DNA of 64,000 nt from Candidatus Nomurabacteria bacterium. GTDB taxonomy: Bacteria > Patescibacteriota > Minisyncoccia > Phycocordibacterales > UBA9973. Of this stretch, positions 55,335 to 64,000 are shown one piece after another. Below the pieces are notes generated by a model that was not told the origin of the DNA, made no database searches, and worked only from the letters and a program-made list of their open reading frames with translations. The DNA lies in the NCBI GenBank assembly GCA_023267275.1, contig JAHFNO010000005.1, positions 9,462-73,461 of the forward strand, read 5' to 3'. Numbering within the stretch: position 1 is the first letter of the stretch; every line of letters starts with the position of its first letter. The position numbers and the translations under genes are program-made.

Positions 55335-55925
55335 ATGAATGACAAAAAAGTATTTATGGTGCACGGATTTCGAGGAGAGCCCAATGGAGGATGGCGTCCT
55401 TGGCTTATGGGTCAGCTCGCAAAAGCGGATGTGTATGCGTGTGCTCTTCCAATGCCAACACCAAGCGATCCAATCAAAGAAGAATGGATTAAAGAAATAC
55501 AGCACGCCATTCCAAACCCCAATGAAGATATTTTTCTCGTTGGACACAGTCTTGGAGTGCCTGCAATTTTAAACTATCTTGAGTCTTTACCAGAAGGGGC
55601 TAAGATTGGCGGAGCAGTGCTTGTTTCTGGACCAATCGAAAAAATTGATACTGAAAATCCTGATTCAAAATTGAGAAAAATCGATCATTTTTTTCACGAT
55701 TTCGATTTTAATAAAATTAAAAATTCTTGTTTACAATTTTCTGTTATTCACGGAGATAATGACCCGAAAGTTGTTTTTGAAAACCACGCGATACCTCTTT
55801 CAGAAAAACTTTCTTGTGAGCTGATTTCTATTCCGAACGGAGGTCATTTAAATGGTAATTCGGGATGGTACGAACTTCCTGAAGCATTTACTGCATTGAT
55901 GCATTTCCTAACACCTAACACCTAA
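55335..55925 (+). CDS. RBBP9/YdeN-family alpha/beta hydrolase
   Basis: VHGF, VGHSLG, DNDP, GGH. Confidence 0.92.
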   Translation: MNDKKVFMVHGFRGEPNGGWRPWLMGQLAKADVYACALPMPTPSDPIKEEWIKEIQHAIPNPNEDIFLVGHSLGVPAILNYLESLPEGAKIGGAVLVSGPIEKIDTENPDSKLRKIDHFFHDFDFNKIKNSCLQFSVIHGDNDPKVVFENHAIPLSEKLSCELISIPNGGHLNGNSGWYELPEAFTALMHFLTPNT

Positions 55926-55944
55926 AACCTAGCACCTGTATTCT

Positions 55945-56523
55945 ATGCATCACATTCATCACAGCGAAGCTTTTGTGCTTGGTTCTCGACCGAAAGGGGA
56001 GGATTCAAAAATACTTATTCTCTATACTCGTGAACTCGGGCTCATTTATGCGCATGCGCAAGGTATCCGAAAAATTTCTTCGAAGCTCCGTTTTGTATTG
56101 CAAGATTTTGCTCGCGTGCAAGTAGATCTGGTTCGCGGAAAAGAAATTTGGCGTCTCACGACGGCGTCGCCGATTGCCTCACACAAAGAAATTTCTCGTT
56201 CACCCAAAGCTGAGCGCATCGTTGCACATATCGCTTCGCTTCTTATTCGACTAGTCACAGGGGAGGAAGCCAACGAAGAAGTTTTTCGCGCAATCACTCG
56301 TGCGTATGATTTACTTGCCTCGTCAAATGACACGACAGATTATCGTGTCATCGAATTGCTTTCCGTAGCACGCATTCTTGTGGCGCTCGGCTATATTTCC
56401 CGTGATGTGCTTGGTGTTGAAGAGGAAGGTACTCACGAGGCACCAAAAGCATTTGCAGATATTGCGTACCAACATCGCCTTATTCGTGATATCAATCAGG
56501 CACTCTCGGCGAGTCAATTGTAG
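55945..56523 (+). CDS. recO: DNA repair protein RecO
   Basis: GEDSKILILYTRELG, AQGIRK..SKL. Confidence 0.88.
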   Translation: MHHIHHSEAFVLGSRPKGEDSKILILYTRELGLIYAHAQGIRKISSKLRFVLQDFARVQVDLVRGKEIWRLTTASPIASHKEISRSPKAERIVAHIASLLIRLVTGEEANEEVFRAITRAYDLLASSNDTTDYRVIELLSVARILVALGYISRDVLGVEEEGTHEAPKAFADIAYQHRLIRDINQALSASQL

Positions 56524-56606
56524 TTGAAGGTTTATAAAGTCCATAAAGTTTGTAAAGTGAACTCAAATCCAAATAAAGCCTTAACTTGTAAGGGTTTATT
56601 GAGCTA

Positions 56607-56636
56607 TTGACAAAATAGGCATATTGGTGATATAAT
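56607..56636 (+). promoter_or_regulatory. Sigma70 promoter for the DGR target gene
   Basis: TTGACA-18 nt-TATAAT with TG extension. Confidence 0.7.
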
Positions 56637-56778
56637 ATAAAAAAAGTAAAAGACTTTGAAAAAAGTTAGAAAAATCAAAGGATTTGATTTTAAAAATTGA
56701 ATTTTTTGATTTTTCTAACCAATAAAACAAGTCCCCGTAAAATAGCTTAAATCATAGCGACGATAGCGAGGCAAAAAC

Positions 56779-57450
56779 ATGAAGCCAACAACACTAGGCC
56801 AAATCGGACAGTTGCTTATGATGATAAGCAACCTATTTGTAACAATGCTTACCGAAAAGAGCAAGAAAATTTCGGAAATTGATGGTGATAAAATTCAGTC
56901 TGCCATTGATATTTCTGATAAAGAAAATTTTCTTTCTGAGTTTATCAAATGGATCAATAATGAATGCAAACTAACCTATCAACTGGTCAACGGCTTCGTG
57001 TTTGGAAATGTATTCAAACATCGCGCTGAAACAGGCGACAAAAGGTTGTACTTCGGTGACAATTACAGAGACTGGTGCGTGATACCAAATCTGAAAAAAT
57101 TTATTTCTATCCGTGAACTTGGTAAACCGAACGAATACAGGTTGCCAAAGAACATGAAGGATAGCGAAATTCAAACAGTCACTGGTAATCCGGGCAATAT
57201 GGATTTTGAAGCATATTCTATTTTGAAATACATACTTATCTTTCAGCCTGAACTCGCCGAGCAATTCTTGGGCGGATATAAGTTGAGCAAAAAAGAATGG
57301 TATGTCATGCACGTAGAACTTCCGGATGGCCGTTTGGTCTCCGTGGACCTGGGCTGGGTTGGCGACGCGTGGGGCTTCGATGCGTTCTCGCTTGGCGGCC
57401 ACACGTGGTTTGAGGGCTACTTGTTCCTCTCTTTCGCTACTAGAAAGTAG
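56779..57450 (+). CDS. DGR target (variable) protein with C-terminal VR, probably CLec-like fold
   Basis: 3' end matches TR; VSVDLGWVGDAWGFDAFSLGGHTWFEG. Confidence 0.92.
   Translation: MKPTTLGQIGQLLMMISNLFVTMLTEKSKKISEIDGDKIQSAIDISDKENFLSEFIKWINNECKLTYQLVNGFVFGNVFKHRAETGDKRLYFGDNYRDWCVIPNLKKFISIRELGKPNEYRLPKNMKDSEIQTVTGNPGNMDFEAYSILKYILIFQPELAEQFLGGYKLSKKEWYVMHVELPDGRLVSVDLGWVGDAWGFDAFSLGGHTWFEGYLFLSFATRK
57335..57441 (+). repeat. DGR variable repeat (VR)
   Basis: 107-nt ungapped match to 57745-57851; 19 mismatches, all opposite TR adenines. Confidence 0.97.
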
Positions 57451-57744
57451 CTTTGTTACTGTGTTAAATTATAGAACCTTTGATTCTTTGAATCTTAGGT
57501 TCTTTTTATATATACTCAAGCACGATACTACAAGATTTCTCGGAATCAAATCTTAGAAACGAGTATCAAGGATTTGTATAGTTTAGAATTGTGCTGGAAT
57601 ATTCTTGCATAAGTGCAACATGCAAATTCTCATACATATATTATTCATTAGGTGCGATACTCTCGCGTATTTTATATACGGTATACATATACAGGAATGA
57701 TGTAGTTCATCATCTGGTGGTACAGATGGGGTATCGCACAAGAG

Positions 57745-57851
57745 TGGTCTCCGTGAACCTGAACTGGAATGACGACGAGTGGAACTTCAATGCGTACTCG
57801 CTTGACGACAACACGTGGAATGAGGGCAACTTGTTCCTCTCTTTCGAAACT
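57745..57851 (+). ncRNA. DGR template repeat (TR)
   Basis: 27 adenines, mostly in AAC/AAT/GAC codons; every VR difference is at an A. Confidence 0.97.
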
Positions 57852-57862
57852 GGAGATATTTT

Positions 57863-57901
57863 CAAAGCATGACCCGCGTTAGCGGGTCATGCTTTGTTTT
57901 T
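57863..57901 (+). terminator. 15-bp perfect hairpin plus T-run immediately after TR
   Basis: caaagcatgacccgc-gtta-gcgggtcatgctttg-ttttt; overlaps the avd stop codon. Confidence 0.7.
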
Positions 57902-58280
57902 GCCTGTCAATTTTTTCATTCGTCTTATTTTTCCAACCACCAAGAATTCTACCCACTTCTTGAATTTTTTCGGATAGTTCGGCGTATGGTTTATCTTTGA
58001 TAAGCTTGTTTTCCCATGCGATTTGGAGAAAGTATTTCAGTAAATCATTTTTGTTTATTGCAGTCACAATGAGAGGACTTTTGTTTTCGAGAGTGGCATA
58101 ATATGCTTGATAGATGACTTCAAGCAAATCTAAAAAATGCGTTTCAATTCTCGCTCCGGTTGTGTATCGGGAAGTCCTTGGCATATGAGGAACGACAGTA
58201 TTCGTCCACAATGCGAATGCTTCCTTGGCTCTCATGACTACACTTGCATTATCGAGAGAGAGAGAGTAAGGTTGCATCAT
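57879..58280 (-). CDS. avd: Avd-like four-helix-bundle accessory protein (antisense to TR/RT)
   Basis: MPRTSRYTTGARIE, LKYFLQIA, EVGRILGGW. Confidence 0.88.
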   Translation of the reverse strand: MMQPYSLSLDNASVVMRAKEAFALWTNTVVPHMPRTSRYTTGARIETHFLDLLEVIYQAYYATLENKSPLIVTAINKNDLLKYFLQIAWENKLIKDKPYAELSEKIQEVGRILGGWKNKTNEKIDRQKQSMTR

Positions 58281-59309
58281 AATTTTGCCAGTATAACATC
58301 TCTTGAAAATATTTTGATTTCATGGAGAGAGTTTTTGTGTGGAAAAAAGAAACGTAAAGATGTGGGTATATTTGCGATGCGACTATCTGATAATCTTATA
58401 TCACTTTCGTTTGAGTTAAAAAATAAAACATATGTTCATCAAGGATATGTCGCATTTAGGATTAATGATCCCAAACCACGGGACATTCATAAGGCGAGTG
58501 TGCGTGATAGGCTTGTACACCATGCGATACATAGAATTTCATACCCATATTTTGACCAGAAATTCGATTTCAATTCTTTTTCTTGCAGAAAATGTAAGGG
58601 TACACACAAAGCACTGTATCGTTTTGAAAAATTCAGTAATATCGTCTCAAAAAACGACACTCGCACCTGTTGGGTATTGAAATGCGACATCAGAAAATTC
58701 TTTGCGAATATCGATCACACAATTTTGAAAGAAATTCTGGCAAAGCATATAGAAGACGTAGACATTCTTTGGTTGTTCGGAGTAGTGATTGATAGCTTCA
58801 ATACAAAATGCACCACCCCACCACTCCTCATTCAGCAGAATGACCCTGGGGGTAAAGTACAGGAGGGGAAAACACAAAGAAAAAAAGGATTGCCACTCGG
58901 CAATCTCACTTCGCAACTTCTTGTGAATATCTATATGAACGAATTTGACCAGTATATGAAGCGAGAATTGAAAGTGAAACATTACATCCGCTATGCTGAT
59001 GATTTTGTAATATTAAGTGAGGATAAAACATATTTAGAAAATTTACTACCACAAATTGCAGAATTTTTGGGAACAAAACTTAAACTCTCACTTCATCCTG
59101 ACAAAGTGTTTATCAAAACACTCGCATCCGGTGTAGATTTTCTCGGTTGGGTACATTTTCCGAATCATCGAGTTCTCCGTACTGCGACCAAACGGAGAAT
59201 GGTGAAGAATATACGGAAAAATACAAAACCAGAAACGCTTGCTTCATACAAGGGAATGCTGAGTCATGGGAATGGGTATAAACTCACGCAACAGATTGAA
59301 AGAATTTAA
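58272..59309 (+). CDS. DGR reverse transcriptase (start uncertain: TTG 58272, or ATG 58137/58185)
   Basis: DPKPRDI, RDRLVHHA, KCDIRKFF, LPLGNLTSQ, RYADDF, DFLG. Confidence 0.96.
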   Translation: MHHNFASITSLENILISWREFLCGKKKRKDVGIFAMRLSDNLISLSFELKNKTYVHQGYVAFRINDPKPRDIHKASVRDRLVHHAIHRISYPYFDQKFDFNSFSCRKCKGTHKALYRFEKFSNIVSKNDTRTCWVLKCDIRKFFANIDHTILKEILAKHIEDVDILWLFGVVIDSFNTKCTTPPLLIQQNDPGGKVQEGKTQRKKGLPLGNLTSQLLVNIYMNEFDQYMKRELKVKHYIRYADDFVILSEDKTYLENLLPQIAEFLGTKLKLSLHPDKVFIKTLASGVDFLGWVHFPNHRVLRTATKRRMVKNIRKNTKPETLASYKGMLSHGNGYKLTQQIERI

Positions 59310-59350
59310 TTTTGTTCATTGATTTTATGTTCTCGTGATATTATGACTAT

Positions 59351-61279
59351 ATGGGAGATGAGCAAAACGAATGGAATGCCGTGCATAATTTAGATGAAGT
59401 AAACGACCGATTGTATCGGCGTGATTTGGCTGGGCGAGTGGTACCACGAGCCGATGTGTTACATCAAAAACCAGAGCCTACGCCACGTGATTGGAACGAA
59501 GATACTATGAAAAAAAGTAAATTAGGAAATATAAAAATACACCACTCATTCTTCCGCAAATTCTTTTTTGTTTCGCTCGGATTTGCCGGAGTTGCGATTT
59601 TGTTTGCTGTCATCATGTTTTTTACCGGAGGCAATACTGTTTCGAATGCAAACATTGATATCAATGTTTTGGGTAATTCATTTACCGCTGGGGGAGAGGA
59701 ACTTCCACTGCAGGTAGAAGTAGTAAACAAAAATGCGAGCGCGCTCGAACTCTCAGATCTTTTTGTGGAATACGACAAGGGTGGCGATGCAACAAGTGGA
59801 GCAAGTCATGTGCGTGATTTGAATTCACTGGGTACTATCGATGCGGGAAAAACCGCAACCAAAAGTTTTTTTGTGACACTCTATGGTGAACAAGGAAGTA
59901 CAAAAAATGTTGATTTCACTTTGCAATATCGTTTGCATGGATCAAATGCAATTTTCGTAAAGAAGACGAGCTTTGTGGTGACGATAAATTCTGCACCTGT
60001 ATCACTTTCAGTAGATGGCCCAAAAACAATCACACCAAATCAAATGCTCACTTTTACAGTGAAGACGGTTTCAAATAGTAAGAATACACTTTCTGGAATG
60101 TTGCTTCATGTCGACTATCCAACTGGATTCAATTTTCAAAAAGCAGTGCCTGACGCAAACGCATTCAACAATGTGTGGAATCTCGGCGACCTTGCTCCTG
60201 GTGCTGAACGCGATATTGTTATTACTGGTACGGTATACGGACAAGATGGGGAAGATCGTGCATTTCATGTTTACACTGGCGCAGTAAGTGCTGACGATGC
60301 GACAAAGATTGGCGTTACATACAATTCATTGTTGCAAACCGTTTCTCTCGTGAAGCCATTTCTTGCTACACATTTGTCGATCAATGGATCAACAATCGAC
60401 CCAACTCCTGTGGGAAGTGGTAGTAACATAACTGTGGCTGTGACATATGCAAACAATTTGCCGACTCGTGTGACCGATGCATCTATCACTGTGCAGCTTT
60501 CTGGAAATGCATTGAATGCAGATAGTATTACGGTGCCAAAAGGATTTTATGATTCTGCAAAAAATACTATAACGTGGAATAAAACAACCGATGCTGATTT
60601 GGCCTCGATTGAACCTTCGGATCAAGGTGTGCTCAATTTTACATTAAGGACATTGCCACTCTGGTCTGCAGGATCAACACTTTCAAAACCAACAATAAAA
60701 CTCTCAGCAAGTATTACTGGTAAACAACCAGATCAAGGAGGCACAACAAATACCGTGACTGATTTTGAGGAAAAGACAGCGATTGTCGATTCTGATCTTG
60801 GATTTACTGGCGGTGCTTCATATGCGGCTGGACCATTTTCAAACACTGGACCGATTCCTCCAAAAGCAAACCAACCAACAACATACACAATCACCTGGAC
60901 GGTAACCAATTCTGCAAATGCGCTTGCCGACGGTCTTGCAACGGCAACATTGCCTACATATGTGGATTGGGTAGGAACAATCAGCCCAGCAAGCGAATCA
61001 CTTCAATATGATGCAACGACGAGCACGATTCGCTGGAATTTTGGACAGGTTCCAGCAGGAGCGGGAATTTCTGGTGCTTCACGAAGTGTTTCTTTCCAGG
61101 TACGTCTCAATCCATCTACATCTCAAGCGGGAAGTGTTCCAAAACTTGTGCTTGATACGACGGTTTCTGCTCGTGATACCTTTACTGGCACAATATTGAA
61201 TCTCACACGTGGGGCAATCTCAACTCAGTTGCAGAATGATCCTGGTTTTCCAGCCAATGGACAGACTGTGACTAAGTGA
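59351..61279 (+). CDS. Membrane-anchored extracellular beta-rich protein (DUF11-like repeats)
   Basis: One TM near the N-terminus; WNLGDLAPG, ITW repeats. Confidence 0.75.
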   Translation: MGDEQNEWNAVHNLDEVNDRLYRRDLAGRVVPRADVLHQKPEPTPRDWNEDTMKKSKLGNIKIHHSFFRKFFFVSLGFAGVAILFAVIMFFTGGNTVSNANIDINVLGNSFTAGGEELPLQVEVVNKNASALELSDLFVEYDKGGDATSGASHVRDLNSLGTIDAGKTATKSFFVTLYGEQGSTKNVDFTLQYRLHGSNAIFVKKTSFVVTINSAPVSLSVDGPKTITPNQMLTFTVKTVSNSKNTLSGMLLHVDYPTGFNFQKAVPDANAFNNVWNLGDLAPGAERDIVITGTVYGQDGEDRAFHVYTGAVSADDATKIGVTYNSLLQTVSLVKPFLATHLSINGSTIDPTPVGSGSNITVAVTYANNLPTRVTDASITVQLSGNALNADSITVPKGFYDSAKNTITWNKTTDADLASIEPSDQGVLNFTLRTLPLWSAGSTLSKPTIKLSASITGKQPDQGGTTNTVTDFEEKTAIVDSDLGFTGGASYAAGPFSNTGPIPPKANQPTTYTITWTVTNSANALADGLATATLPTYVDWVGTISPASESLQYDATTSTIRWNFGQVPAGAGISGASRSVSFQVRLNPSTSQAGSVPKLVLDTTVSARDTFTGTILNLTRGAISTQLQNDPGFPANGQTVTK

Positions 61280-61359
61280 CATGTACTCATGTCATCCTGA
61301 ATTTATTTCAGGATCCATGATTTTGGTATAAATTCAAAAAATGGTAGGGTAATAGCAGT

Positions 61360-62757
61360 ATGGAAAATCAATCAGAAAATCTAACAGAAAAAGTGGTTAA
61401 TCTCGCAAAGCGACGAGGCTTTGTTTTTGCTGGCTCTGAAATATATGGTGGGTTTGCCGGCACGTACGATTGGGGTCCACTTGGAGTGGCATTGAAAAAT
61501 AATGTAATCAAAGCCTGGACAGATGCTATGCAGGATCATACGAATATTGTATTCCTTGATTCAAGTATTTTTACTTCTGGAAAAGTATGGGAAGCCTCTG
61601 GTCATGTTTCGGGATTTTCAGATCCGCTCGTTATTTGTAATTCCTGCCACGAAAAAGTCCGCGCAGATCATTTGCTTGAAGGTATCGGGGTTACCGCAGA
61701 TGAAAAATTGAGTGAAGAAGCTATCAATGCATTATTTGATGAAAATCGTTCCAAGCTGAAATGTCCTAAGTGCGGAGCAAATGATTTCGGTCAAGTGCGC
61801 GCAAAAAATCTTCTTGCTACTTCAAATCTCGGTATGTTTGAATCCGACGATGCACAGGTGTATCTTCGTGGAGAAACAGCCCAGGGAATATTCATTAATT
61901 ACAAAAATGTTCTTGATAGTGGTTTTAACAGTATTCCATTCGGTATAGCACAGATCGGAAAAGCTTTTCGCAATGAAATTAGTCCACGACAGTTTCTTTT
62001 TCGAAAGCGCGAATTTGAACAGATGGAAATGCAGTATTTTCTCAAGGAATCCGAAGCTATGGAAGCTTATGAGTCTTGGAAAAATGAGCGTCTGAATTAT
62101 TATTACAAACTCGGAATCAAAAAAGACAAATTGCGATTGAAACCGCATGAAAATCTTGTTTTTTATGCAAAGGCTGCATGCGACATTGAATACGAATATC
62201 CGTTTGGATGGGGCGAGCTTGAAGGCATTCATTATCGTGGCAATTACGATCTCTCACAGCATCAGAAATTTTCTGGCGTCGACATGTCATATTATGACGA
62301 GGAGACAAAAGAGCGATATATTCCGCATGTTATAGAAACGTCAGTTGGTGTTGATCGTACTGTTTTTATGGCACTTTGCGATGCATATACAGAAGACACT
62401 CTCGGGGAAAGTACTCGCATTGTTTTAAAATTGCCACCAAAACTTGCTCCAGTGATATGCGCAGTCTCGCCACTTTTAAAGAATAAGCCCGATCTTGTTG
62501 TAAAAGCGCAAGAAGTATTCCGAGTTCTCAAAAAAGAATTCGGTCGCGTAATGTGGGACGACAACGGCAACATTGGTAAGCGCTATCGCAGACAAGATGA
62601 GATTGGTACGCCATGGTGTATCGTAATCGACTTCGACACACTTGGTGAAGAACATCCTGAACTTAAAGATACAGTTACTGTTCGTAATCGCGATACGGGA
62701 AATCAAGAACGAGTAGCAATCACAGATTTGATTTCAAAAATCAAAGAAAATCTGTAA
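61360..62757 (+). CDS. glyQS: Glycine--tRNA ligase (alpha2 type)
   Basis: LRGETAQGIF, GKAFRNEI, REFEQME, IGKRYRRQDEIGTP. Confidence 0.97.
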   Translation: MENQSENLTEKVVNLAKRRGFVFAGSEIYGGFAGTYDWGPLGVALKNNVIKAWTDAMQDHTNIVFLDSSIFTSGKVWEASGHVSGFSDPLVICNSCHEKVRADHLLEGIGVTADEKLSEEAINALFDENRSKLKCPKCGANDFGQVRAKNLLATSNLGMFESDDAQVYLRGETAQGIFINYKNVLDSGFNSIPFGIAQIGKAFRNEISPRQFLFRKREFEQMEMQYFLKESEAMEAYESWKNERLNYYYKLGIKKDKLRLKPHENLVFYAKAACDIEYEYPFGWGELEGIHYRGNYDLSQHQKFSGVDMSYYDEETKERYIPHVIETSVGVDRTVFMALCDAYTEDTLGESTRIVLKLPPKLAPVICAVSPLLKNKPDLVVKAQEVFRVLKKEFGRVMWDDNGNIGKRYRRQDEIGTPWCIVIDFDTLGEEHPELKDTVTVRNRDTGNQERVAITDLISKIKENL

Positions 62758-62762
62758 ATTCT

Positions 62763-63008
62763 ATGAAAAATATCTTGATTGTTTTTCTAATATTACTTTC
62801 AGTTACACTTGGTTTTTTTACCTATAAATATAATCGGGAAGCGAGAAAATATTCTGTTTCAGAAAATAATTTTTTTAATCAAAGTTTGAAAAACGAAGAT
62901 AATAAAATTTGGCTTAGTTCTTGCTTAAACAAGCTTGATTCCGAAATTATTGCGTTTAATAATCACTCTTTGTCGCAACTTCAAACTAGTTTTGATTTGT
63001 GCAATTAA
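62763..63008 (+). CDS. Small hypothetical membrane-anchored protein
   Basis: N-terminal TM; AT-rich. Confidence 0.5.
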   Translation: MKNILIVFLILLSVTLGFFTYKYNREARKYSVSENNFFNQSLKNEDNKIWLSSCLNKLDSEIIAFNNHSLSQLQTSFDLCN

Positions 63009-63023
63009 TCAACCTTAATTAGT

Positions 63024-64000
63024 ATGCAATACACAAAAACGAAACTTAAAAATGGACTTCGTGTGATTACCGTTCCGATGAAGGACAATCCAACGGTGAC
63101 CGTGCTGGTACTCGTGGAAACTGGTTCAAAATACGAAACAAAGGCCAAAAATGGTATATCTCACTTTCTTGAGCATATGTGCTTTAAAGGTACAGAAATG
63201 CGCCCTTCAGCCCATGCTATCTCTGCCGAGCTCGATGGCTTAGGCAGTCAGTCCAATGCGTTTACCGGACAGGAATATACTGGCTATTATGCGAAAAGTG
63301 ACGCGAAGCATTTCAAACAAATCTTTGATGTTGTTTCCGATATTTATCTCAACTCCACATTTCCAGAAGGAGAAATCGAAAAAGAAAAAGGCGTGATTGT
63401 AGAGGAAATCAATATGTATGAAGATATGCCACAACGCCACGTGCAGGATGTGTTTATGGAATTGCTCTACGGCAATCAACCTGCAGGATGGAATATTGCT
63501 GGTACACGAGAAAATGTTCGTGCGATGACTCGCAAAGATTTTGTCGAATACAAAAAGGCACACTACGTTCCAAAAGCTACAACAGTGATTGTTTCTGGAA
63601 AAGTAAAAGAGGCAGATGTGCAAAAAGAAATTGCACGTGTGTTCGGTGGACTGAAATCTGCAGCAAAATCTTCAAAAGTAATTACAAAAGATATTCAGAA
63701 AAAACCCGCAGTGCTTGTGTCTCACAAAAAATCTGATCAAACACACCTTGTGCTTGGTGTGCGCAGTTTCAATACACATGACAAACGAAATGCCGCGCTC
63801 ACAGTCCTAAGTACTGTTCTCGGTGGGGGAATGAGTTCACGACTTTTCATAAAGCTACGCGAAGAACTCGGTGTAGCATATTATGTTCGAGCAATGAATG
63901 ACACATATTCCGATCATGGAGTATTTCAAATTTCTGCAGGTGTCTCAAACGATCGTGTAAAAGAAGTTGTTCGCGAAATTCTTGCCGAATGTGCTCGATT
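63024..64000 (+). CDS. M16 (pitrilysin) family zinc peptidase, partial
   Basis: MQYTKTKLKNGLRV..GISHFLEHMCFKGT..NAFT..GGGMSSRLF; runs off the window end. Confidence 0.93.
   Translation, partial: MQYTKTKLKNGLRVITVPMKDNPTVTVLVLVETGSKYETKAKNGISHFLEHMCFKGTEMRPSAHAISAELDGLGSQSNAFTGQEYTGYYAKSDAKHFKQIFDVVSDIYLNSTFPEGEIEKEKGVIVEEINMYEDMPQRHVQDVFMELLYGNQPAGWNIAGTRENVRAMTRKDFVEYKKAHYVPKATTVIVSGKVKEADVQKEIARVFGGLKSAAKSSKVITKDIQKKPAVLVSHKKSDQTHLVLGVRSFNTHDKRNAALTVLSTVLGGGMSSRLFIKLREELGVAYYVRAMNDTYSDHGVFQISAGVSNDRVKEVVREILAECAR

Noticed and set aside
55182-55547. Minus-strand 121-aa ORF with VFYCSIVL repeats
   Set aside because: Artefact of the octamer repeat, antisense to the hydrolase gene
57591-57872. 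93-aa ORF spanning TR as a second DGR target
   Set aside because: It is the template itself read in the VR frame (AAC-rich); TR frames are commonly open
58137-59309. Group II intron or retron RT
   Set aside because: No maturase or endonuclease extension and no intron domain V; the SQ motif, Avd and TR/VR pair identify a DGR

Overview
Chromosomal segment from a low-GC Patescibacteria/CPR (Parcubacteria-like) genome. The assignment is inferred from gene content: rplK without rplA, type-2 IleRS, alpha2 GlyRS, promoters that look leaderless, and a PaaX/Cas2-like gene. It carries translation genes (rplS, secE-nusG-rplK, argS, ileS with a T-box, glyQS, 4 tRNAs) and a CsoR-controlled copper/redox cluster. 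There is a B12 module: S-component, class II RNR, PduO, and a cobalamin riboswitch over DUF4430/transcobalamin-like proteins. A dTTP pathway (dcd, folA, thyA, glyA, tmk, dut) is also present. A complete diversity-generating retroelement sits at 56.8-59.3 kb: VR and TR differ at 19 of 107 positions, all at TR adenines, and its avd gene is antisense between TR and RT. The most unusual signals are several families of small structured DNA/RNA elements: (1) a 48-nt double-hairpin unit inserted in frame at the same K|D junction in both glyA and ileS; (2) a ~26-nt double-hairpin unit nested inside other repeats and inside the DGR RT gene; (3) an 89-nt core closed by locus-specific inverted repeats; (4) a motif downstream of three tRNAs; (5) a wHTH-Cas2-like gene bracketed by twin palindromes. 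Nuclease-like genes also abut or overlap tRNA genes. All alignments were done by eye; no database searches were run.
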